A stretch of DNA of 64,000 bases from Octopus sinensis (Eukaryota). Positions 1 to 10,145 of this stretch are shown in pieces. A program made the position numbers and the translations under genes. Location of the stretch: positions 9,672,001 to 9,736,000 of the forward strand of contig NC_043025.1 in assembly GCF_006345805.1 (NCBI RefSeq), written 5' to 3'. Below the pieces are notes generated by a model, which saw only the letters and a list, made by a program, of their open reading frames with translations, had not been told where the DNA came from and did no database searches. The first letter of the stretch is position 1, and each line of letters begins with the position of its first letter.

Positions 1-78
1 GATACTAGGGTCATAATTATGGGTGACAATTTCATATGACACCGCTAGAGAAAACTGCCGTTCAAACCGAAAAGATCC
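1..78. mobile_element. Right end of a TIR MITE (same family as 32185-32849)
   Basis: Ends in AAAACTGCCGTTCAAACCGAAAAGATCC, matching the right TIR at 32821-32849. Confidence 0.7.
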
Positions 79-179
79 AACCTTTTTTCACGCCTATTGA
101 TCGTGGTGGTTTGGCTGATGGTTTGGACAACCGAGAATTCTTAGATTCAGTTTTGAATCTAGGCTTGGAGATGGAAGTG

Positions 180-485
180 TTAATTGTTACAATCCTTTCT
201 AACCATATTTCTATTCTTTATCCTATTTCTATGGCTACATTTCCTTCTAATCACTGGTTGTGAGAAATATATTCCTCCTGTATCATTATTACTAGATATG
301 TTCCCTACACCTAAAATTTTATCATTAAAGCCTTGAGGGTATATGCTACATAATACCTTAATCCCAAGCCATTCTTCTGAAAGTCTCTGCTTAACATTAT
401 CTATACTGTTATTTATTTGACCAATTTTAAAATTTTACAGTTTTCAAACCCTAAGCTATGCTCTCTAAAGTGTTTGTTACCCAAT
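180..485 (-). pseudogene. Penelope-like element, C-terminal part of GIY-YIG endonuclease
   Basis: Manual translation LGNKHFREHSLGFENCKIL / KQRLSEEWLGIKVLCSIYPQGFNDKILGVGNISS...RRKCSH, resembling the PLE endonuclease C-terminus (R..E..W...L.T..P.GLN); one frameshift. Confidence 0.75.
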
Positions 486-489
486 TTAA

Positions 490-1210
490 CCCTTTCGTTA
501 CTGTATCTATTTTGAGATGCTCTGTGTTTCTTTCAATTACTTTAAATATAACAAAGAATTTAGTAAAATAAGTTAGTTATCATTAAGCTAGTGTTAGGAA
601 CAGAAATTGTGACTAAGGTTTGGTGGAAGATTTTAATTCAAAACTTATGAAAACAAGACATTTGTACTCAGAGCCAGAGCCGGCTTCAGCCAGGTTGGTA
701 TCAAAAGGGCTAAGAATTGATTCTCCATTATATATCTTAACCATTTTGTTACCATATTTCTTCTGTTGAGATCCTCTGTGTTTCTTTCAATTACTTTAAA
801 TATAACAAAGAATTTAGTAAAATAACTTAGTTATCATTCAGCTAGTGTTAGGAACATAAATTGTGACTAAGGCTTGGTGGAAGATTTTAATTCAAAACTT
901 AAGAAAACAAGACATTTGTACTATAGAGCCAGAGCCGGTTTCAGCCGGGTTGGTATGGAAAGGGTTAAAAATATCATGGTGACTTTAACCCTTTTGTTAC
1001 CATATTTCTGTTGAAATGCTCTGTGTTTCGTTCAATTAATTTTAAATATAACAAAGAACTTAGTAAAATAACTTAGTTATCATTCAGCTAGTGTTAGCAA
1101 CTTAAATTGTGACTAAGGTTTGGTGGAAGATTTTAATTCAAAACTTATGAAAACAAGACATTTGTACTAAAGAGCCAGAGCCGGTTTCAGCCAGGTTCGT
1201 AACGAAAGGG
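490..1210 (+). mobile_element. TTAA-specific (piggyBac-type) MITE, three-unit concatemer (family P1)
   Basis: TTAA at 486-489 and 1211-1214; perfect outer TIR CCCTTTCGTTAC...GTAACGAAAGGG; three ~230-bp units. Confidence 0.85.
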
Positions 1211-1214
1211 TTAA

Positions 1215-1560
1215 ATGCTCGTCTGTGACTACTGAGATGTTGGTGTAATTCCTGAGTAGTTTGTCCTACGCTGTACACCAAATTCATCGCAACTCATCAA
1301 ATAAATTACATTGCTAGATTTACAACCTAACTGTAGTCCTCCTGGGGCTACAAACTACAGTAGTATCCACCCTTAGGGGTTAGCCATATTTAAATGGCAA
1401 ATATACGTCACGATGTAAATTATTATTTGCAATGAATTTCTTAACTGTACTCTTACCACTGAAAACTTTATTATCTACAAAAACATTACAACGTAAGCAA
1501 TTCTTCTTACCACATTTCTTTACACGACTATTACAAAGAGATATAGATACATAGTCGTTA
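1215..1560 (-). pseudogene. Penelope-like element GIY-YIG endonuclease, N-terminal part
   Basis: KCGKKNCLRC...(insertion)...CKSSNVIYLMSC...(frameshift) VGQTTQELHQHLSSHRR: Cys-rich linker plus GIY-YIG (VIY / xVG) motifs. Confidence 0.85.
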
Positions 1561-1671
1561 TTTTCTTTATTATAATACAAGCAAAACGCCTCCCCCCCCG
1601 TCCAATGGACGGTGCTGAGTTGTCAAACATTTAAACCAAATTTGAGACACCAGCAAAAGAAGAAAAAGCCC

Positions 1672-1733
1672 ATCATATATATCATCATATATATATATAT
1701 ATATGTGTGTGTGTATATATATGTATATATATG

Positions 1734-1782
<49 letters not shown>

Positions 1783-1812
1783 GTATATATAATATATGTA
1801 TGTATATATATG

Positions 1813-1844
<32 letters not shown>

Positions 1845-2202
1845 AATGTATATATATATATATGTATATATATATATGTATATATGTATTATATATATAT
1901 GTATAATATATATATGTATGTATGTATATGTGTATATATATATATGTATGTATGTATATGTGTATATATATGTATGTATGTATGTGTATATATATGTATG
2001 TATGTATGTGTATATATATGTATGTATGTATATGTGTATATATATGTATGTATGTATATGTGTATATATATGTATGTATGTATATGTGTATATATATGTA
2101 TGTATGTATATGTGTATATATATATATGTATGTATATGTGTATATATATATATGTATGTATGTATATATGTATATATATATATGTATGTATATATATATA
2201 TG

Positions 2203-2236
<34 letters not shown>

Positions 2237-2265
2237 TGTATGTATATATATATATGTATATATAT

Positions 2266-2298
<33 letters not shown>

Positions 2299-2346
2299 GT
2301 ATATACATACATATATGTATATATATGTATATATATACATATATAT

Positions 2347-2392
<46 letters not shown>

Positions 2393-2397
2393 ATATG
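1672..2397. repeat. (TA)n/(TATG)n compound microsatellite
   Basis: Direct inspection. Confidence 0.98.
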
Positions 2398-2630
2398 AGT
2401 GTGTATTTGTGTGTTTGTATTTGCCCCCCACCTATCAGCTGACCACCGATATTGGTGTATTTATGTCTCTGTAACTTAGCAGTTCAGTAAAAGAGACCAA
2501 TACCATAAGTACTAGGCTTACAAAGAATAAGTCCTGGGGTCGATTTATCCAACTAAAAGGCAGTGCTCCAGCACTGCTGCAGTCAAATGACTGATATAAG
2601 AAAAGAGTAAAAGAGAAATACACACACACA
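2398..2630 (+). mobile_element. SINE family A, 3' half
   Basis: Diverged match to the SINE A tail (...GGGGTCGATT...GTGCTCCAGCA...CAGTCAAATGACTG). Confidence 0.8.
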
Positions 2631-2661
2631 AACACATACACACACATATTTATATATCATG

Positions 2662-3035
2662 GCACTCCATCGGTTATGACGACGAGGGTTCGAGTTGATC
2701 CAATCAACAGAACAGTCTGCTTGTGAAATTAACGTGTAAGTGGCTGAGCACTCCACAGACATGTGTACCTTTAATGTAGTACTCGGGGAGATTCAGCGTG
2801 ACACAGAGTGTGACAAGGCTGGCCATTTGAAAATACAGGTACAACAGAACCAGGAAGAAAGAGCCAAAGTTGTGGTGAAAGAATACAGCAGGGTTTACCA
2901 CAAGCCTCTGCCGGTGCCTCATGGAGGTTTAGGTGTTTTCACTCAATAAACACTCACAACGCCTGGTCTGGGAATCAAAACTGGAATCCTACGATCACAA
3001 GTTCTCTGCCCTAACCACTGGACCACTGTGCCTCC
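2662..3035 (-). mobile_element. SINE family B (long tail B1)
   Basis: tRNA-like head GGAGGCACAGTGGTCCAGTGGTTAGGG; body and tail as at 21267-22165. Confidence 0.85.
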
Positions 3036-3329
3036 ACACATTTATATATATATACATATATAAAGTACATATAGATTCAAGAAATATCTTACAGATGCTC
3101 TGGAATTTTAGGGGTTTGTGGGGTTTTCCAGCATAAAACAGACAGTGAAATAGTTAGATGGATAAATATACATTAAATACATATACAATACAGACATGAA
3201 TGTATATAGATATCAAAATTGATGTTATCAATATATTATGTGTGTGTGTGTCTGAATATGTCAGTCTATGTATGAAAGTATATGCATACTTATATATATA
3301 TATGTGTGTGTGTGTATTATTATTATTTT

Positions 3330-3446
3330 AGACCTGATGAGTGACTATATTTTTAAATAGAAGTATTTTTAGATCAATTTAATTTTAAATCGAATTGATT
3401 TTATTATTATCTACTTGAAAATATAGCCACGAAATGCGCGTAGTCT
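3330..3446 (+). ncRNA. Type I hammerhead ribozyme motif (Penelope/retrozyme type) with long stem II
   Basis: agac-CTGATGA-gtgactatatttt...aaaatatagccac-GAAA-tgcgcg-TA-gtct; stem I 4 bp, stem II 12/13 bp, minimal stem III. Confidence 0.75.
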
Positions 3447-3644
3447 TTTTTACAACTATTTACTATTTATTGTTTTTGTACTTTATTGATTTTTAGAATA
3501 AGGTTTTTATAGTATATTTATTTTTTCTATATGGTGTGAATAACATCTTTCATTATTGAATCATTTAATAGTGGTTTTTCTCTAGATTATGTACATATGT
3601 GTGTGTATGTATATATATGCAAGTACGTGTAAAGATATACATAC

Positions 3645-3728
3645 CAGGCAGTCTTTGCCACAAAACGGAAGACGTCCTCTTCCAAAACCTGCCGCCACGA
3701 TAGAACCGGAATGAACCATAGGACCTTC
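3645..3728 (-). CDS. CLCN7: CLC-7-like Cl-/H+ exchanger coding exon (EGPMVHSGSIVAAGFGRGRLPFCGKDCL)
   Basis: Pyrimidine tract + AG acceptor, GTATGT donor, 84 nt phase 0-0; supplies EGP of the GKEGP gating-glutamate motif. Confidence 0.93.
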
Positions 3729-3767
3729 CTTTAAGAAGAAAAAATAGAGAAGGAATTAGTAAAAAAT

Positions 3768-3840
3768 GATGGTGGTGGTGGTGGTGGTGGTGGTGGTGTG
3801 GTGGTGGTGGTGGAGGTGACGGTGGAGGTGTTGGCGGTGG
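3768..3840. repeat. (GGT)n microsatellite
   Basis: Direct inspection. Confidence 0.9.
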
Positions 3841-3845
3841 GGTCT

Positions 3846-4215
3846 GCTATTTGTAGAGCACCGCCTTTAATCGAGCAACTTGACCACGGGACTTATTCAT
3901 TTGTAAGCCCAGTACTTATTCTATCGGTCTCTTTTGCCGAACCGCTAAGTGATGGGAACGTAAATGCACCAGCATCGGTTGTCAAGCAATGCTAGGGGGA
4001 CAAACACAGACACACAAACACACACATACATATACATACATATACATATATACGATGGGCTTCTTTCAGTTTCCGTCTACCAAATCCACTCACAAGGCAT
4101 TGGTCGGCCCGGGGCTATAGCAGAAGACACTTGCCCAAGATGCCTCGCAGTGGGACTGAACCCGGAACCATGTGGTTGGTAAGCAAGCTACTTACCACAC
4201 AGCCACTCCTGCGCC
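3846..4215 (-). mobile_element. SINE family A, full length
   Basis: Head GGCGCAGGAGTGGCTGTGTGG (A box), GGTTCAGTCCC (B box), CCTTGGGCAAGTG core-like segment, internal TA/TG tract, CCAGCATGGCC-type tail. Confidence 0.9.
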
Positions 4216-4218
4216 TAT

Positions 4219-4269
<51 letters not shown>

Positions 4270-4325
4270 ATTTGGTCTTGAGCCCAGTAGTTCAGTGCAT
4301 GGTTGTAAGAATGTCTGTTAAAGAG

Positions 4326-4650
4326 TAACCCTTATGTTTACATGAAATTTACTTTAGATCACTCTAACCCTTATGTTACCATACTTCTGTTGAAATACAC
4401 AGCCATTGTTTCAGTTTATTTTGAAAATAATGAAAAATTTATATGAAATAAATTTGTTATCATTAAGAGTTTTTTTAAACATAAATTAACGAGAAACTGA
4501 TGGATGACTTCGTTTCAGTTTATTTTGAAATTATGAAGAGTTTAGTAAAATATATTTATCATTATTAAGCTTGTGTCTGGAACATAAATTAACATGAAAC
4601 TTTGATGGATGGCTTTTATTTAGATCACTTTAACACTTTAGTTACCATAC
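4326..4650 (+). mobile_element. Old, diverged relative of the P1 TTAA MITE, interrupted by the RTE insertion
   Basis: TAACCCTTATGTTACCATA starts and P1-like AT-rich body; resumes near 5162-5235. Confidence 0.5.
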
Positions 4651-5133
4651 CAAAATCAAACCAAATCAAAATAGATGAACATCAATGGATTTGTATCTTT
4701 GTGGTACCAGTGACAGTGGCACATAAGAAAGCCATCCAAACGTGGCCGTAGCCAGTACCGCATCGACTGGCCTCTGTGTTGTGGGCACGTAACAAACACC
4801 ATCCGTTCGTGGCCGTTTGCCAGCCTCGTCTGGCACCTGTGTCAGTGGCACATAAAAAACACCATCTGAGCGTGGTCGTCTGCCTGCCTCGTCTGGCACT
4901 TGTGTCGGTGGTACATAAAAAACACCATCCGAGCGTGGCCATTCGCCAGCCTCGTCTGGCACCTGTGTCGGTGGCACATAAAATCACCCACTACACTCTC
5001 GGAGTGGTTGGCGTTAGGAAGGGCATCCAGCTGTAGAAACACTGCCAGATCTGACTGGCCTGGTGCAGCCTTCGGGCTCCCCAGACCCCAGTTGAACCAT
5101 CCAATCCATGCTAGCATGGAAAGCGGACGTTAA

Positions 5134-5162
<29 letters not shown>
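4651..5162 (+). mobile_element. RTE LINE 3'-UTR-derived copy with (GAT)n tail
   Basis: Internal ~60-bp repeats, GGCGTTAGGAAGGGCATCCAGCTGTAGAAA terminal motif, GAT tail; same sequence as the 3' UTR of the RTE at 39241-42390. Confidence 0.88.
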
Positions 5163-5164
<2 letters not shown>

Positions 5165-5338
5165 GTTTGAAATACATTGCCATAGTTTCAATATGTTTTC
5201 AAAATAATGAAGAATTTAGTAAAATAATTTAGATAATTGTCCATCATCGGTCTAGAGTAGCAGACGCCCGCCAGCCGTTGGTATCTGCCCCGATTCGCAA
5301 ATGTATATATCTAATTTTCAGTGAAGTTTATTCACTGA

Positions 5339-5746
5339 CTAGCAGCATAGCCCGGCGTTGCCCGGGTATGTAAGAGCCCCTAGTAGGCAACGACTAATCC
5401 CAATCTAGTTCTTTCCCTCTAGGGAACGAAGGCGCATGTATAGGTTGCAATGTCTTCTCTTCACTCGAATACTTCTATGTATACGATGTTCCTAGCTGTC
5501 TCCCGACAGAAAACGTGTTGCATATAAAAAGCTTAGATTCTCGACCCCATGTCGAATTTATTGATTTTTTTCAGAACTGGGGGAATTTTTCAAAATTTTC
5601 ACTGCGTTAGTTTTGAATTATGACATTGGGCTAGGTGTGTGTCAAGTTTCATCAGAATTGGTTGAAAGCCGTGGTCAGCGTGAGGGTACAACCTGACAGC
5701 CACACAGACACACAGACAGACAAATTGCCGTTTATATATAGAGAGA
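5339..5746 (-). mobile_element. Non-autonomous Helitron (family H2)
   Basis: 5' TC, 3' hairpin CCCGGGCAACGCCGGG then CTAG, inserted between A and T, no TSD. Confidence 0.85.
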
Positions 5747-5941
5747 TTACCAAAATCAGAAATATTAAATTTCTAAATCTCCCATAGAGATATGTACGGT
5801 GGTGGGGCGATAGAATGGTTGTATACTGTCAATCTAAAGTGAACGTGACAGTAGGGGATTACACCACCGCTGTTTAGCCCTAGGAAGCATCGACGCTTCC
5901 TGATGGCTTCGACACATTTTTCCTGTGTCCTTATATACATT

Positions 5942-5980
<39 letters not shown>

Positions 5981-5981
<1 letters not shown>

Positions 5982-6286
5982 GAGGCGCAATGGCCCAGTG
6001 GTTAGGGCAGCGGACTCGCGGTCGTAGAATCGCGGTTTCGATTCCCAGACCGGGCGTTGTGAGTGTTTATTGAGCAAAAACACCTAAAGCTCCACGAGGC
6101 TCCGGCAGGGGATGGTGATCCCTGCTGTACTCTTTCGCCACAACTTTCTCTCACTCTTACTTCTGTTGGCCTGCTCGCTTAGCCAGCGGGGTGGCGTCAT
6201 TCAAAGGCTAAAACAATGCGAACGCATTGTGACCAGCGATGTGTAACAACATCTGATGGTCTGGTTGGTCACGTGATCACGTGATA
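5981..6286 (+). mobile_element. SINE family B (short tail B2)
   Basis: Head GGAGGCGCAATGGCCCAGTGGTTAGGG with A/B boxes; tail ...GGTCACGTGATCACGTGAT. Confidence 0.9.
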
Positions 6287-6330
6287 TATATACATTTACG
6301 AAAGGAAAAATGTGTTGAAGCCATCACATA

Positions 6331-6740
6331 GGTACAGGAGTGGCTGTGTGGTAAGTAGCTTGTTTACCAACCACACGGTTCCGGGTTCATTCCCACTGCG
6401 TGGCACCTTGGGCAAGTGTCTTCTACTATAGCCTCGGGCCGACCAGGGCCTTCTGAGTGGATTGTGTAGACAGAAACTGAAAGAAGCCTGTCGTATATAT
6501 GTATATATATATATATGCTTTATGTGTTTGCCTGTCTGTGTTTGTCCCCCTAGCATTGCTTGACAACCGATGCTGGTGTGTTTATGTCCCCGTAACTTAG
6601 CGGTTCGGCAAAAGTGGCCGATAGAATAAGTACTGGGCTTACAAAGAATAAGTCCCGGGGTCGAGTTGCTTGATTAAAGGCGGTGCTCCAGCATGACCAC
6701 AGTCAAATGATTGAAACAAGTAAAAGAATAAAAAGAAAAA
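6331..6740 (+). mobile_element. SINE family A
   Basis: Full head-core-microsatellite-tail. Confidence 0.9.
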
Positions 6741-6879
6741 GAATAATAAGGTATAATTTAAATAATTTTAAAATTAGAGGTGTTTGCCATAAAACAAAAC
6801 TGTCGTCTCAGGAGGGTTTTATCAAACAGCTCCAGCAGGTGTAAATGGTAATATATCTGATCAGACCCAACCTAGATTT

Positions 6880-6990
6880 TTAACCCTTTAGCATTTAAAC
6901 CAGTCATATTCTGCCTAAATATTCTATCTGGTCATCCCAACCAGATCTGGCCTCTCAGACCTGTTCTCCAATGTCTTTCTAAAAATAAAC
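6880..6990 (+). mobile_element. Fragment of second TTAA MITE family (P2)
   Basis: TTAACCCTTTAGCATTTAAAC end, reverse complement of the ends at 36040-36060 and 56023-56043. Confidence 0.6.
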
Positions 6991-6992
6991 AC

Positions 6993-8015
6993 CAGAGCAG
7001 GAGTGGCTGTGTGGTAAGTAGCATGCTAACCAACCACATTGTTCCGGGTTCAGTCCCACTGTATGGCACCTTTGGTCAAGTGTCTTCTACTATAGCCTCG
7101 GGCCGACCAAAGCCTTGTGAGTGGATTTGGTAGACGGAAACTGAAAGAAGCTCGTCGTATGTGTGTGTATGCGTGTGTGTCTGTGTTTGACTGTGGCCAA
7201 GCTGGAGCACCGCTGTGTGGTAAGTAGCTTGCTTACCAACCACATGGTTCCGGGTTCAGTCCCACTGCACGGCACCTTGGTCAAGTGTCTTCTACTGTAA
7301 CCTCGGGCCCACCAAAGCCTTGTGAGTGGATTTGGTAGACAGAAACTGAAAGAAGCCCGTCGTAGATATATATGTATGTTTGTGTATATGTTTGTGTGTC
7401 TGTGTCCCCCAGCATCGATTGACATCGATGCTGGTGTCTTTACATCCCCATAACTTAGTGGTTCGGCAAAAGAGACTGATAGACTCAGTACTAGGCTTAC
7501 AAAGAATAAGTCCTGGGGTCGATTTGCTCGACTAAAGGCGTTGCTCCAGCATGGCCGCTTTCAAATGACTGAAACAAGTAAAAGAGTAATTATAATGAGG
7601 ATTATAGGCGCAGGAGTGGCTGTGTGGTAAGTAGCTTGCTAACCAACCACATGGTTTCGGGTTCAGTCCCACTGCATGGCATCTTGGGCAAGTGTCTTCT
7701 GCTATAGCCCCGGGCCGACCAATGCCTTGTGAGTGGATTTGGTAGACGGAAACTGAAAGAAACCTGTCGTATATATGTGTATATATATATATGTATGTGT
7801 GTGTGTGTTTGTGTGTCTGTGTTTGTTTCTCCAACATCGCTTGACAACCGATGCTGGTGTGTTTACGTCCCCGTCACTTAGCGGTTCGGCAAAAGAGACC
7901 AATAGAATATGTACTGGGCTTACAAAGAATAAGTCCCGGGGTTGATTTGCTTGACTAAAGGCGGTGCTCCAGCATTGCCGCAGTCAAATGACTGAAACAA
8001 GTAAAAGAGTAATAA
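6993..8015 (+). mobile_element. Cluster of three SINE A copies (one partial)
   Basis: Heads near 6993, 7213 and 7607. Confidence 0.88.
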
Positions 8016-8082
8016 TAATGAGGATTACATTCGACAGAGTAAACAACAGCTTCAAATAATGTCATCAAGCAATGATGCTTAC

Positions 8083-8226
8083 CTTTCCACATAACAAACC
8101 CCCTAGTAGGGATAGAATGACTCCCACTGCTTTTGCCACAAGTGTGCGAAGTCTCAATAATCCAGGTATCTTCACCCCATTCAAATATGCTTTTATCAGA
8201 GGAATTCCACTGCCAGCTGCTTGAGG
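8083..8226 (-). CDS. CLCN7: CLC-7-like coding exon ([48 protein letters not shown])
   Basis: Strong TTTTCCATTTTAG acceptor, AAG|GTAAGC donor, 144 nt phase 0-0; GSGIP selectivity motif and GK of GKEGP. Confidence 0.96.
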
Positions 8227-8464
8227 CTAAAATGGAAAACGAAAGTGAAAGTAAATATTCATAAATCTTCAATGACAAGAAAGGGTTGATTGTATGTCAA
8301 TGTCTCTAATAGGCAAAAATCTCCCTAAATATCTCTTTTTCTTGAGGGCAATGTTTATACTTGATTTTACTTTAAATTAGTACGAAAACGAAAAGGTTGC
8401 AAGACGCAACGAAAATTTTAGGAAAAGGAAAATAAGAAATAAATGGAAACTTTACCAGTGAGTA

Positions 8465-8800
8465 TAAATCCTTAAATCCTTAAAAATGCTCTAGCCCGAA
8501 GGCCGCGGCCATGCTGGGGCACCACCGCTGAATGAGCTACTACACTAATTTGTGAATCCACCTCTGATACGTGGCACTTGATCAACAAGGGAGTTTGATG
8601 CTGCTGCCCGCATCTGTGTCTCCTGTCGGTTCATCTGGGACTCCCGACAAGAAGAGATCCAGTTTTGTTTTAAAGAAACCCACATCCACACCATGTAAGT
8701 CTCTCAGGCATTTAGGGAGGATGTTAAAAAGCTGTGGTCCTCTGAAACCCAAGCTGTTGCAGTATCTGGACCTGTATTTTGATGGTGATGTTGGAATCTT
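8465..8800 (-). mobile_element. CR1-like LINE 3' fragment
   Basis: NSLGFRGPQLFNILPKCLRDL...FFKTKLDLFLSGVPDEP (LINE ORF2 C-terminus), short 3' UTR and (TAAGGATT) tail. Confidence 0.75.
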
Positions 8801-9159
8801 TGGCACCATGTATGTTAGATTATAAGACACAAAAAGAAAATGACTCTCCCCTGACACAACAGAATATGCTGCAACACACAAACTCACATAAAGAATCTTG
8901 CAAACCAAATCCAAAAACGAAATAATAATTAATAGATTCTCGCACAATGAGATTTACAATCACATCATCAAAAAGTGCTCCAGCATGGCCACAGCTCGTG
9001 AGCTGAAACTAGATGAAATAAAATAACATAAAATAAATATTCACTTTCATTTGGTGGGGGCCATATCCATGTAAAATTATTGAAACATCAATTAATGACA
9101 TCTAAAATGTAAAGTAAGGTTTCCTTCTCAAGTCATGCCGACTCATTGGGGTTGGTTTC

Positions 9160-9690
9160 ATCATCATCATCATCATCATCATCATCGTTTAACGTCCGTT
9201 CTCCATGCTATCATGGGTTGGACGGTTCAACTGGGGCCTGGGAAGCCCGAAGGCTGCACCAGGCCAGTCAGATCTGGCAGTGTTTCTACAGCTGGATGCC
9301 CTTCCTAATGCCAACCACTCTGTGAGTGTAGTGGGTGCTTTTTATGTGCCACCGACACAGGTGCCAGACGAGGCTGGCGAACGGCCACGCTCGGATGGTG
9401 TTTTTTACGTGCCACCGGCACAGAGGCCAGGCGAGGCTGGCACGGCCACGATCGGATGGTGTTTGTTACGTGCCACCAGCACGGAGGCCAGTCGATGCGG
9501 TACTGGCTACGGCCACGTTAGGATGGATTTCTTATGTGCACTGGTACCACAAAACTACAAATTCCATTGATGTTCATCGATTTTGATTTGATTTGATTTT
9601 CACTTGCCTCAACAGGTCTTCACAAGTAGAGTTATGTGTCCCAAGAAGGAAGGTATCCACAGGTGGACTGACTACGTCCCAGGTAGGGGC
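9160..9690 (-). mobile_element. RTE 3'-UTR-derived copy
   Basis: (CAT)n tail on + strand and terminal motif; matches 39241-39830. Confidence 0.85.
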
Positions 9691-10082
9691 CAATGGTTTA
9701 TATATTCCGCACCTGGACCAGACGCCTGTCCATCACTGGATTACTCATTTTTGCCAGCCAAGCGGACTGTTTTGCTCAGGAACACAACACATCATCCGGT
9801 CCAGCAATCAAAACCACAATCTTATGTCTGATGTGAATAATGTACTTCATTTCATGTTACTCCAGTGCACTCAGCCGGCAACCCTGAATAATCCTACGAC
9901 AGACCAGCATCCAATCCAGGTGGGAAATTTATATGCCATGGAAACTGGGGAAATTGACCCTTATGAGTCGGCATGACTTAAAAGAAAGTAACCTTTACTT
10001 TTTATGTTAGTAGGTTTTATTGCACACCCTGATATCAACCAAGGGTATTTCTGCGTCACTGTGCTATATACACACACACACG

Positions 10083-10113
<31 letters not shown>

Positions 10114-10145
10114 GCATACACATACGCACACATAAGAATTAATAT

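Noticed and set aside
1570-2474. Long ORFs such as MYIYTYIY... (also near 20.5, 36.6, 55 and 59 kb)
   Set aside because: Translations of TA/TG microsatellites; no coding signal
5981-6060. SINE heads as functional tRNA genes
   Set aside because: A/B boxes are present but continue into SINE bodies with no complete cloverleaf or terminator
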